Below, one piece after another: positions 1-8,978 of a stretch of 64,000 bases of DNA; position 1 is the first letter of the stretch; each line of letters starts with the position of its first letter. The notes below the pieces were generated by a model. That model was not told where the DNA came from, did not search any database, and saw only the letters and a list, made by a program, of their open reading frames with translations. A program made the translations under genes and the position numbers. Source of the DNA: Bacillota bacterium (GTDB lineage Bacteria > Vulcanimicrobiota > JAJTBE01); NCBI GenBank assembly GCA_021287065.1, contig JAJTBE010000196.1, positions 2,539 through 66,538 of the forward strand, written 5' to 3'.

Positions 1-1020
1 ATCGGAGCGGTTACAATTCTGCTGGCGGTTATGATGGCTCTTATCCAGACCGATTACAAAAGGCTTCTTTCATACCACGCCATCAGTCAGGTGGGATATA
101 TGATCCTCGGCATAGGAACAGGCGTGCCTGCGGGCATAGTCGGCGGAATTTTCCATATGATAAACCACGCAATGTATAAATGCTGTCTGTTTCTCACAGG
201 GGGGTCCGTTGAAAAGCAGGCAGGAACCACAGATTTGAAAAAGCTGGGTGGTCTGGCAAAGACTATGCCCATTACATTTACATGCTTTATAGTGGCGGCG
301 GCGTCCATCTCCGGCGTACCGCCGTTTAACGGGTTTTTCTCAAAGGAACTGGTATATGACGGCGCGCTGGAAAGAGGATGGATTTTCTATGCCGCAGCTC
401 TTCTCGGTTCATTCCTCACTGCTGCATCATTCCTGAAGCTGGGGCATGCAGCCTATCTGGATAAACCTTCGGGAAAACAGGAAGTGAAGGAAGCTCCGTT
501 GAGTATGCTTGTGCCTATGATTGTTCTGGCATTTCTGTGCGTGCTGTTTGGGGTTTACAATCCCCTGCCCCTCAACAACCTCATCCAGCCTATTCTGGGA
601 GAGCGGCTTGAGGGACATAATTTTGCAGGATTTCCCCACAGCGCTTTCCTTGTGGTGATGACTCTCGTCGTGCTTGGGCTTGCATATCTCAACCACATGT
701 ACGGCGTAAAGAAAACGGGTAAAGGTTCAGGGGCGTCGGATCACATCCATTACGCTCCGGGGCTTAAAGGCATATACGCTATGGCGGAGAGAAGAGTTTT
801 TGATCCTTATGAAATTGGTATGAAGCTCATGCTCTGGCTCTCAGTTGCCGCCAGATTTGTGGACAAAGCTGTTGACTGGATTTATGAAGTATTTGCGGTT
901 AAAACCGCAGAGAGTATCTCCTACTGGATAAGGGAGCTTCACAACGGCAGTTACGCAGTGTATCTGATGTGGAGTATTTTAGGACTGACGCTTATTGTTG
1001 TATTTTTCCTGATGTGGTAA
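1..1020 (+). CDS. Proton-translocating membrane subunit, MrpD/NuoL/MbhH-like, 5'-partial
   Basis: Reading frame is open from base 1. Polytopic hydrophobic protein with antiporter-subunit-like motifs (HAISQVGYMILG, FHMINHAMYKCCLF). It sits at the head of an Mbh-type operon. Family call from established knowledge of complex I / Mrp antiporter-like subunits. Confidence 0.7.
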   Translation: MGAVTILLAVMMALIQTDYKRLLSYHAISQVGYMILGIGTGVPAGIVGGIFHMINHAMYKCCLFLTGGSVEKQAGTTDLKKLGGLAKTMPITFTCFIVAAASISGVPPFNGFFSKELVYDGALERGWIFYAAALLGSFLTAASFLKLGHAAYLDKPSGKQEVKEAPLSMLVPMIVLAFLCVLFGVYNPLPLNNLIQPILGERLEGHNFAGFPHSAFLVVMTLVVLGLAYLNHMYGVKKTGKGSGASDHIHYAPGLKGIYAMAERRVFDPYEIGMKLMLWLSVAARFVDKAVDWIYEVFAVKTAESISYWIRELHNGSYAVYLMWSILGLTLIVVFFLMW

Positions 1021-1041
1021 CAGGGAGCAGGAGGAACCGGA

Positions 1042-2466
1042 GTGACTACACTTCTTATCTTAGTCCCCCTTATAGGGCTTATACTGGTCAACCTGCCGTT
1101 TAAAAACGCTCGCAGGACAACATTCTGGTACGCAGTGATGCTTTCATTAATGCAGGCATACATTGTGCTTACATCGGATAAAATTATCTGGGAAGGACAT
1201 TTTGACCCGATAGAAGAGTATTTCAAATTTAATCTGAAAGCTGACAACCTGACTCTTGTGATGCTGCTTTCAATCGGTATTGTGGCATTCTGTGCGCTGA
1301 TGGTTGCAAAGCATATGATTAAGGATGAAGGCGATCTGGCTAATTTTTCCAACCTGATAATTATTATTCTTGCCGGAATGAACGGGGTTGTAATGACCAC
1401 TGATGTTTTCACCCTGTATATATTCCTCGAGATTACTGCAGTTACATCTTTTATAATGATTGCATTCTTCAGAGACAAAGACGCTCTCGAAGGATCATTC
1501 AAATACATCGTTCTTTCCGCTGTTGCCACCGTATTGCTTCTTGCTTCAATAGCCCTTGTGTTCATGGTATCGGGAGGCACATCATTTGAAGCAATAAACC
1601 GGGCTGTGCATGCCAACAATGAAAACCTGATTCTGACAGCAGCTCTGGCTTTGTTTACTGCAGGTCTTCTGATAAAAGGCGGTCTGGTTCCATTTCACGG
1701 ATGGCTGCCTGATGCATACTCATCCGCACCGGCTCCGGCATCGGTTATTCTTGCGGGTATTGTTACCAAAACTACAGGTATCTACAGTTTAATCAGAATC
1801 GTAAACAATGTCTTCGGATTCAGCGGTTCTATAAAGAACATACTTTTGTTTGTGGGTATAATTACAATTTTTGTGGGTGCGCTGGCAGCCCTTGGGCAAA
1901 AAGACTTCAAGCGTATGCTGGCATATTCAAGTATAAGCCAGGTGGGCTATATAGTGATAAGCCTTGGTACGGGAACGGAACTGGGCTTGATCGGAGCAAT
2001 GTTCCACCTGTTCAATCATTCGATTTTCAAGGCCCAGCTCTTTGTGAACTCAGCTGCTGTGGAAAAACAGGCAGGGACAAGAGATCTTGACAAAATGGGC
2101 GGTTTTTCCAAAAAAATGCCCTTTACGGGTCTCACTTCCCTTATTGCGTGCCTGTCAACAGCGGGCATTCCGCCCCTTGCCGGGTTCTGGAGCAAACTTA
2201 TCATCATTGTGGCACTATGGAATTCGGGACATCCGGTATTTGCCGGAGCTGCCGTATTGGCAAGCGTGATTACTCTCGGATATTTCCTTGTGCTTCAAAG
2301 AAAAGCATTCTTCGGCAAGCTGGCGGAAGGTTATGAACAACTCTGCGAAGCTGAGTTCGGACTGATTCTGCCGGCAATTATCCTGACTCTGATAACAGTG
2401 GCGGTAGGTCTTCTGTTCCCTCTGTTATCAAATAATACTCTGATTCCAATGAGTCATATTTTTTAG
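1042..2466 (+). CDS. Second MrpD/NuoM/NuoN-like proton-pumping membrane subunit
   Basis: GTG start after a GGAGCAGGAGG Shine-Dalgarno. 474-aa polytopic protein with SISQVGYIVISLG and FHLFNHSIFKAQLF, paralogous to the preceding ORF. Confidence 0.75.
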   Translation: MTTLLILVPLIGLILVNLPFKNARRTTFWYAVMLSLMQAYIVLTSDKIIWEGHFDPIEEYFKFNLKADNLTLVMLLSIGIVAFCALMVAKHMIKDEGDLANFSNLIIIILAGMNGVVMTTDVFTLYIFLEITAVTSFIMIAFFRDKDALEGSFKYIVLSAVATVLLLASIALVFMVSGGTSFEAINRAVHANNENLILTAALALFTAGLLIKGGLVPFHGWLPDAYSSAPAPASVILAGIVTKTTGIYSLIRIVNNVFGFSGSIKNILLFVGIITIFVGALAALGQKDFKRMLAYSSISQVGYIVISLGTGTELGLIGAMFHLFNHSIFKAQLFVNSAAVEKQAGTRDLDKMGGFSKKMPFTGLTSLIACLSTAGIPPLAGFWSKLIIIVALWNSGHPVFAGAAVLASVITLGYFLVLQRKAFFGKLAEGYEQLCEAEFGLILPAIILTLITVAVGLLFPLLSNNTLIPMSHIF

Positions 2467-2585
2467 GGGTATTTACGGTTTGAACTATGAGTTGACCAAA
2501 GGGGAAATATAAAACAGGGATATAAAATGGAGTGCCCTGACAGATTTCAGGCATTCCGGGAAGAGTTCCGAAGAGAGGTTATGGT

Positions 2586-3080
2586 ATGACAATGCTGGAT
2601 TATGTGTTGTTGTTTATGATGGCGGGCTTTTCAGTGTTTGCTGCGGTGAGGAGATCCCTTCTGCAGTGTGCTTTTGGTCTTGCCGTCGTTAGTATTCTTC
2701 TGACCATAATGATGTTCCGTTTTAATGCGCCGCTGGCTGCAGTGTTTGAACTGTCGGTCTGTGCAGGGCTTATTACGGTTATTTTTGTCTATGCCATCAG
2801 TCTTTCGAGGGTTCATACACAGGAAGAAGAGCAACAGGCGGATCATGAAAGAAAACTCCGTTATGGCGTTCTTCCATATATCATTGTGGCTGCAGGTCTT
2901 GTTATCTACTTCCTGCAGGCTCCGTTGATATTTACAGCGCCTCCGTCACAGGCGGTTAACGATGTGAGGGAAGTTCTCTGGAACCAGAGGCTTTTCGACA
3001 TAATCGGCTTGCTGCTGGTTATTATGGCGGGAGTGTTTGGTGTAGTCGTATTATTCAAGGAGAAAGATGCGAATGAGTAA
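2586..3080 (+). CDS. Small hydrophobic membrane subunit of the hydrogenase complex, MnhB/MbhI-like
   Basis: 164-aa multi-TM protein inside the operon. The specific subfamily assignment is weak. Confidence 0.5.
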   Translation: MTMLDYVLLFMMAGFSVFAAVRRSLLQCAFGLAVVSILLTIMMFRFNAPLAAVFELSVCAGLITVIFVYAISLSRVHTQEEEQQADHERKLRYGVLPYIIVAAGLVIYFLQAPLIFTAPPSQAVNDVREVLWNQRLFDIIGLLLVIMAGVFGVVVLFKEKDANE

Positions 3081-3393
3081 AGATGCAGCTTCCCTTTTCT
3101 GGCTATACAACACCTTTGTGATTCTGGTTTTTTTGTGCGGCATATACCTTGTAGCTGTTACAAAAAACCTGATTAAGGTTCTTATAGGGCTGGAGCTTCT
3201 GACAAAAGCGGCAACCCTTCTGATAATAGTAGCCGGTTATTCCACTGGCCATATAGCAACTGCCCAGGCACTGATTATCAATCTGATAGTGGTTGAAGTG
3301 GTTGTTATTGCAGTAGCTGCCGGTGTAGTACTTTCCATCAGGAAGAAATACGGATCGCTGAACGTGAAAAACATCAGCAATCTAAAAGGATAG
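3067..3393 (+). CDS. NuoK/MrpC/MbhG-like membrane subunit
   Basis: 108 aa with three TM helices. LIGLELLTKAATLLIIVAGY resembles the NuoK/MnhC signature. Confidence 0.6.
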   Translation: MRMSKDAASLFWLYNTFVILVFLCGIYLVAVTKNLIKVLIGLELLTKAATLLIIVAGYSTGHIATAQALIINLIVVEVVVIAVAAGVVLSIRKKYGSLNVKNISNLKG

Positions 3394-3401
3394 GTGAAAT
3401 T

Positions 3402-3749
3402 GTGGATAATCTGCTTCTTCTGCCGCCTATAGCGTTTTTCATAGTAATGGTATTTGTAGCTTTTCAGATCTACAGTTTTTCGTTTTTGTCGTTCAAAAAC
3501 AAAGACAAACCCAAGGGTCAGGGAAAAGCCTATGCGTGCGGCGAGGATGTCGCCAACCACAATATAGCTCCGGAATACGGACAGTTTTTCTCATTTGCAT
3601 TTTTCTTCACAATAATGCATGTTGTAGCTCTTTTGCTTGCCACACTGCCGGCAGGCAGAATCAGCCCTCAGATTGTTGAGGTTGATGTGCTTTTTATCAT
3701 AGGCGCAGTGGTTGCTCTGATGATATTATATAGAAAGAAAAAGAGTTAA
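3402..3749 (+). CDS. Small membrane protein of the hydrogenase operon
   Basis: 115-aa hydrophobic ORF between operon genes with a GTG start. Function not assignable. Confidence 0.4.
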   Translation: MDNLLLLPPIAFFIVMVFVAFQIYSFSFLSFKNKDKPKGQGKAYACGEDVANHNIAPEYGQFFSFAFFFTIMHVVALLLATLPAGRISPQIVEVDVLFIIGAVVALMILYRKKKS

Positions 3750-3780
3750 CCTTTTTCTTTCAACAGGAGGTCGCTGACCG

Positions 3781-4659
3781 TTGAAATTCTTAGAAAAACT
3801 GGTTAACTGGGCGAGAATTAAATCGCCATGGATTATCCATTTCAACACAGGAGCCTGCAACGCATGCGATATTGAAATCGTGGCGTCGCTCACTCCGAGG
3901 TTTGATTTGGAGCGTTTTGGGGTTATCATCAGGGGAACGCCCAGACATGCGGATGTTCTGGTGTGTTCAGGACCTGTTACAAGACAGATTAAAGACAGGC
4001 TTATCCGCATATACGAACAGATGCCGGAACCCAAATTTGTGGTGGCAGTGGGGACCTGTGCCTGTTCAGGGGGAGTATTCAGCGGATGCTACAATATTGA
4101 AGGCGGTATTGACAGCGTAATACCGGTTTCCGCCTATATTCCCGGTTGTCCCGCAAGGCCTGAGGCAATAATCGACGGTGTGGTTAAACTTCTTTCAAGC
4201 CTTGAAAATCCGGCTCCCGCAGCTAAACCGGCGGGTATAAACGATGAAGACGAGGACGAAGCAGAACATGAAACAGAAGAAGCTGCCCCCTATCTTGAGG
4301 TTGAAATTACTCAAAAACCGGCAGAACAGAAAGTAAAGGAAGACCCTCCCCAAAAAGAAGCACCCATTCAGGAAGAAAAAGCACCTCAGCAGGTGAAATC
4401 TGCTCCTGAAAAAGATGAACCAGCCCCGGAAAAACCTGCTCCCTCCGGGACAGAAGCAAACGAAGAAAAAGAAGAACAGAAAACATCTGAAGAAACAACA
4501 ACGCCTGTAAAAGAAGAAGCAGAACCACCAGCAGCAGCAGCAGTTCCGGCAGAACCTGACAAGAAGCATTCGAAACCTGACAAAATAGAAGCACCCTGGG
4601 AAAAACCCAAAAATGGCGATACAAAACCGGAATCCAATCAGGAGGCTGCAAATGGCTAA
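3781..4659 (+). CDS. [NiFe] hydrogenase small subunit, NuoB/MbhJ-like, with a long acidic/Pro/Lys-rich C-terminal extension
   Basis: NuoB-like core: GACNACDIEI ... HADVLVCSGPV ... VAVGTCACSGGVF ... IPGCPARPEAIIDG (FeS cluster N2-type ligands). After residue ~140 comes a ~150-aa low-complexity tail rich in E/P/K/A (PEKPAPS, EEKEEQK). Confidence 0.8.
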   Translation: MKFLEKLVNWARIKSPWIIHFNTGACNACDIEIVASLTPRFDLERFGVIIRGTPRHADVLVCSGPVTRQIKDRLIRIYEQMPEPKFVVAVGTCACSGGVFSGCYNIEGGIDSVIPVSAYIPGCPARPEAIIDGVVKLLSSLENPAPAAKPAGINDEDEDEAEHETEEAAPYLEVEITQKPAEQKVKEDPPQKEAPIQEEKAPQQVKSAPEKDEPAPEKPAPSGTEANEEKEEQKTSEETTTPVKEEAEPPAAAAVPAEPDKKHSKPDKIEAPWEKPKNGDTKPESNQEAANG

Positions 4660-5119
4660 CGAAGAGGCAATCAAAAAAGAACTGGAAGAAAAGTTTGATT
4701 TTCTGAAAGACAAGATCATAATTCCCCGGGAAAGGCGGCTCTTTACCGAACCTGTTGAAATTGAAGATTTTCTCAAAGCTATCGAATATGCTGCCTCCAA
4801 AATGGATTTTGATATTCTGACTACAATCACCGGGCTTGATGAAGGGGAAAGCATTGTCGCCATATATCACCTCGCAAGAAAAGACGGAACCATGCTCAAC
4901 CTGAAATCGAAAACGCCAAAAGAAAACCCTGTTATGAAAACTATTTCAAATCTGTTTAACGGCGCTGTTTTTTACGAACGGGAACTGGTGGATATGCTGG
5001 GGGTTCAAATGGAGGGGCTTCCGGAAGGCAAACGCTATCCGCTGCCTGATGACTGGCCCGAAGGACAGTATCCGCTGAGAAAAGAATGGAAAAGAGAAAT
5101 GCTGGACGCAAAACCATAG
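4652..5119 (+). CDS. NuoC/MbhK-like hydrogenase subunit (30-kDa subunit family)
   Basis: Start chosen at an ATG preceded by AGGAGG and overlapping the upstream stop (ATGGCTAA). The ORF track begins at 4613. Family motif ERELVDMLGV. Confidence 0.65.
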   Translation: MANEEAIKKELEEKFDFLKDKIIIPRERRLFTEPVEIEDFLKAIEYAASKMDFDILTTITGLDEGESIVAIYHLARKDGTMLNLKSKTPKENPVMKTISNLFNGAVFYERELVDMLGVQMEGLPEGKRYPLPDDWPEGQYPLRKEWKREMLDAKP

Positions 5120-5191
5120 CCCGAATCCGCCTGTAGTGAAAATTTGAGGAAAGCCTAACCGAGGCTTCCGGCAGGATCAGGAGGAAAGAGA

Positions 5192-6418
5192 ATGTCAAAA
5201 CTTACCATACCAATAGGTCCCCAGCACCCGGCGCTTAAAGAACCGGAATGTTTTATAATTACCGTTGACGGCGAAAGAATCTGCGAAGCCAACATGAGGC
5301 TTGGCTACAACCACAGAGGCATTGAAAAACGCTGTGAAGAGATTACTTATATTCAGAGTGCCTATCTGATTGAAAGGGTATGCGGAATCTGCTCCCATTC
5401 CCATTCCACCGCATTTATTCAGGCTGTCGAGGAGATCGCCGGGCTTGAAGTTCCAAAGAGAGGTTTGTATATCCGCACTCTGTTCGGCGAACTCGAACGC
5501 ATACACAGCCACCTGCTCTGGCTTGGAGTAGCAGGGCACGAAATCGGATTTGACACTCTCCTGATGTATAGCTGGAGAGACAGGGAAATTGTAATGGATA
5601 TCCTTGCTATGGTTTCCGGAAACAGAGTTAATTACGGTATGAACTCAATTGGCGGAGTCAAAAGGGATATAAGCCCGGAGCAGGCGGATGCAATTCTTAA
5701 AGCAATGGACGATCTTGAGGAAAGAACAAAATACTACATCGAACTGGGCTTGCAGGAAACAACCCTTATCAAAAGGCTTTCCGGAGCCGGTTCCATATCT
5801 TACGAAGACGCAACAAGGCTGGGAGCTGTTGGTCCCACTGCCAGAGCGTCAAAAGTGGATCAGGATGTCCGCCGGGACGACCCCTATGCCGCTTATGCAG
5901 AACTTGAGTTCAATGTTATCACCGACGACCACAATGATGTTTACGGAAGAACACTGGTAAGGCTCGGTGAACTTATGGAATCCTACAAACTGGTTCGCCA
6001 GCTTATTAAAAATATGCCCGATGGACCAATCAGAAAAAAAGGACCCAGAAAAATACCTGCAGGTGAAGCAATAAGCAGGTATGAAGCCCCCAGAGGCGAG
6101 GATGTGCATTATGTAAAGGCAAACGGCACAGACAAAGCTTTCAGGGTGAAAGTCAGGGCGCCGACTCTGGCAAACCTCTCAGCAGTATCAAAAATGCTTG
6201 AAGGCGATTATCTTGCGGATGTACCAATCGTCATTGCCGCCATCGACCCCTGTTTTTCATGCACAGACAGAATGGCTGTAAGAAACATAAGGGGCGGCGC
6301 AACAGAGATGCATAATCCGGGAAGTCTGAGAAATTTCAGCATCGACTGGTACCGCAGAAGAGGTATCGATTTTACCGACCTTAATAAAAAATTGATGAAA
6401 AGACTGGAGAGAGTTTGA
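5192..6418 (+). CDS. Group 4 [NiFe] hydrogenase catalytic large subunit (MbhL/EchE/HycE-like)
   Basis: N-terminal RVCGICSHSH (RxCGxCxxxH) and C-terminal DPCFSCTDR (DPCxxCxxR) Ni-Fe ligand motifs are both intact. NuoD-like fold. 408 aa is the size expected for energy-converting hydrogenases. Confidence 0.85.
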   Translation: MSKLTIPIGPQHPALKEPECFIITVDGERICEANMRLGYNHRGIEKRCEEITYIQSAYLIERVCGICSHSHSTAFIQAVEEIAGLEVPKRGLYIRTLFGELERIHSHLLWLGVAGHEIGFDTLLMYSWRDREIVMDILAMVSGNRVNYGMNSIGGVKRDISPEQADAILKAMDDLEERTKYYIELGLQETTLIKRLSGAGSISYEDATRLGAVGPTARASKVDQDVRRDDPYAAYAELEFNVITDDHNDVYGRTLVRLGELMESYKLVRQLIKNMPDGPIRKKGPRKIPAGEAISRYEAPRGEDVHYVKANGTDKAFRVKVRAPTLANLSAVSKMLEGDYLADVPIVIAAIDPCFSCTDRMAVRNIRGGATEMHNPGSLRNFSIDWYRRRGIDFTDLNKKLMKRLERV

Positions 6419-7356
6419 TGGCAGTCCAGATTCTGGAAATCATAATATTCCCCGGGTTTCTGTTTCTGACAGTTTTCGCTATGATAGCTGAATATCTTGA
6501 CAGAATTCTTTATGCAAGATTCCAGAACAGGAAGGGTCCCCCATGGTTTCAACCCTTTGCGGATTTTATAAAACTTGTGGCAAAGGAAGATATTGTGCCC
6601 GAATGCGCCAACCCCTTTGTTTTCAAGCTAATGCCCATTCTGGCCCTTGCATCGGTGATTACTGCGTCTTTCTATATTCCCATGTGGGACAACAAAGCGC
6701 TGTTTTCATTCGAAGGGGATATTATTGTGATTGTATATCTGCTGACAATCCCCACGATTTCGTTCTTCCTCGGCGGATGGTATTCCCGTTCGCTTTATGC
6801 CACCATCGGCGCAATGCGAAACCTGACCCAGCTTTTTGCATACGAAGTGCCGTTGTTTCTCGCTATACTATCTCCGGCAATTCTTGCCCACACCTGGTCA
6901 TTAAGCGAAATGACGGTGTTTTTCAACAACCATCTGTGGCTTCTGCCCTTCAACATTATCGGTTTTGCCGTAGCTCTGATAGCTCTTCTGGGAAAACTGG
7001 AAAAAGTGCCCTTTGACATACCTGAAGCTGAAACGGAAATTGTGGCTGGAAGTTTCACCGAATACAGCGGAAGACTTCTTGCTTTTTTCCGTATGGCAAT
7101 AGACATCGAAATGGTAGTGGGAGCTTCCCTCGTGGCAGCGGTTTTTCTCCCCTTCGGACTCGGATTGAATCCTGTACTCGGTTTTATACTGTATATTCTC
7201 AAAGTGGTATTTGTAATATTTCTCCTTGCTCTGCTCAGATCAGTTTTTGCAAGGCTCAGAATTGAACAAATGATGGATTTCTGCTGGAAATACCTGGCTC
7301 CGGCAGCGTTTCTCCAAATCGTGGTATGTGTAATCCTAAAGGGAGTGTTACTATAA
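6415..7356 (+). CDS. NuoH/HycD/MbhM-like integral membrane subunit
   Basis: 313-aa polytopic protein translationally coupled to the large subunit (start overlaps the upstream stop). NuoH-like hydrophobic profile. Confidence 0.7.
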   Translation: MMAVQILEIIIFPGFLFLTVFAMIAEYLDRILYARFQNRKGPPWFQPFADFIKLVAKEDIVPECANPFVFKLMPILALASVITASFYIPMWDNKALFSFEGDIIVIVYLLTIPTISFFLGGWYSRSLYATIGAMRNLTQLFAYEVPLFLAILSPAILAHTWSLSEMTVFFNNHLWLLPFNIIGFAVALIALLGKLEKVPFDIPEAETEIVAGSFTEYSGRLLAFFRMAIDIEMVVGASLVAAVFLPFGLGLNPVLGFILYILKVVFVIFLLALLRSVFARLRIEQMMDFCWKYLAPAAFLQIVVCVILKGVLL

Positions 7357-7357
7357 T

Positions 7358-7744
7358 ATGCAAAGACCCGGCAAAATGATATCCGAAGTCCTCAAACATG
7401 TCGGCAAAACACCGGCTACTACCAACTACCCCTTTGAAAAAGCAGAAATGCCGGAACATTTCAGAGGAAAACTTCAATTTCTACCCCACAGATGCAAAGG
7501 CTGCATGCTATGCACAAAAGACTGCCCCTCTGAAGCTATCAAAATAAAAAAAGTGGGCGACAAAAAATTCGAAGCTGAAATCGATCTTGACCGCTGCATC
7601 TATTGCGGACAATGCGTCGAATCCTGCTTCATACAGGCACTTGTAATGACCACCGATTTCGAACTGGCAGCCCTGAACAGGGAAGACCTGAAAATGACAA
7701 TCAACGAAAAAAACTCCCCCAAACCCCCGGCGGAAGAGGAATAA
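7358..7744 (+). CDS. 2x[4Fe-4S] ferredoxin subunit, NuoI/HycF/MbhN-like
   Basis: Two CxxCxxCxxxCP motifs: CKGCMLCTKDCP and CIYCGQCVESC. Confidence 0.8.
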   Translation: MQRPGKMISEVLKHVGKTPATTNYPFEKAEMPEHFRGKLQFLPHRCKGCMLCTKDCPSEAIKIKKVGDKKFEAEIDLDRCIYCGQCVESCFIQALVMTTDFELAALNREDLKMTINEKNSPKPPAEEE

Positions 7745-7975
7745 CAAAAAGAATAACCAACTTAACCGCCCCGGGTTTTTCGCGCGCTAAAAACACACAG
7801 TTAATGTTCGTGATTGCAGAGATTGTTTAAAAGCTATATCAAATTCGCATTGTTCAGGGTATATATACAGAGTAATGAAACGCACAGGGATGGAAGATTT
7901 ACTGATTATGGGGGTTTTATGTTTTTTAAAAGTATCTTAAACTTGTTATCAAATCCGGACGGGGAGGTTTTTTAG

Positions 7976-8932
7976 ATGTTTAAACCTGAAAAGCCGATGC
8001 CGGATAATGTTTCCCCGATGGATGGGGAAAATGCTCAGAATGTTGCCGGGACTGAAACACAGCCGGGAAAAACCGGACAGAAACCGCCTCCGAATACAGC
8101 CATAACATGGGGATGCCTGCTTCTTCTCATATTCTGCGCTCTGTTTTTTACAGAATACATTCTGATTTCCAACGGTGTTCTTTCTTCTGCCGACGAAGGG
8201 GGAGCTATTAAAAAAACAGCGGTTGAATTCAATACTGAAGCAGTATATCCCGGCGGATGGGGAGTTATTGATCTCAGGGAATGTGATCCTCTGGGAAACG
8301 ATCAGATCCACTGGTATTACGAAAAACTGAAAATGGCACTAAAAAACCCCGATACAGGATCGGTATTGGAATACAAAAAAGCAATGGCCGCAAAAGATTT
8401 TGATTTTGATGATACAAAAGGGGTTTCAAGCCCCGTTGACACTGGAAAAGTATATACACGTTCCGATCCCTCCGCCACTGAGTTTTATGTTTTCGGAGGC
8501 GGCACAATCCCCAAAACCATCGATTTTTCAATAAAGCTTGACTCTGCCGAACGAGAGAGAATAAAAACAGCTATGGTTAAGTTCAGGGTTCCTGAAGATT
8601 ATCCGCCGGGAAAGCTGGAAGCGGAACTGAATTTTACCGTGAGAAAAATCACAAATGTAATCCCTCCCCAGGGTTCAAGCCCGGGTTCATTTAATGTGGG
8701 GTCATACCCCCTCAACAGAACTTTTGCCTTTACCATACTGAAAGACAAAGAGGCTTACGACAAAGCAAAAGCAGACAGACTAAAACAAGCAAACGCTCCC
8801 GGCGTCAATATAAACCGCACCATAAACGGAATAATGCTCCTCCTGCTTGTATCCACATTCTGCCTGATGCTCTACAGCTTCAAAAAAGGCTTCGAAAAAC
8901 CATTTGAAGAGGATAAGCAGAAGATGGGATAG
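7976..8932 (+). CDS. Hypothetical membrane-anchored protein
   Basis: 318 aa. N-terminal TM after ~50 residues (WGCLLLLIFCALFF) and a C-terminal TM (IMLLLLVSTFCLML). No recognisable domain. Confidence 0.45.
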   Translation: MFKPEKPMPDNVSPMDGENAQNVAGTETQPGKTGQKPPPNTAITWGCLLLLIFCALFFTEYILISNGVLSSADEGGAIKKTAVEFNTEAVYPGGWGVIDLRECDPLGNDQIHWYYEKLKMALKNPDTGSVLEYKKAMAAKDFDFDDTKGVSSPVDTGKVYTRSDPSATEFYVFGGGTIPKTIDFSIKLDSAERERIKTAMVKFRVPEDYPPGKLEAELNFTVRKITNVIPPQGSSPGSFNVGSYPLNRTFAFTILKDKEAYDKAKADRLKQANAPGVNINRTINGIMLLLLVSTFCLMLYSFKKGFEKPFEEDKQKMG

Positions 8933-8978
8933 ACAGACTGATACCGGAGTGTGGCGGTATAATATTTCAGCTTCGGGT

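Noticed and set aside
951-1619. 222-aa minus-strand ORF spanning the junction of the two MrpD-like genes
   Set aside because: It is antisense to two strongly supported membrane-subunit genes, has no RBS and no recognisable domain.
4195-4870. Long antisense ORFs (222 aa and 187 aa, Phe/Cys/Leu-rich) opposite the hydrogenase small-subunit tail
   Set aside because: They are artefacts of the low-complexity GAA/AAG-rich coding sequence on the + strand. The implausible composition and complete overlap with a well-supported gene argue against them.
7745-7800. Possible terminator after the hydrogenase operon (ccgccccggg tttttcgcgcgc)
   Set aside because: The stem is short and irregular. It cannot be supported as a rho-independent terminator from sequence alone.
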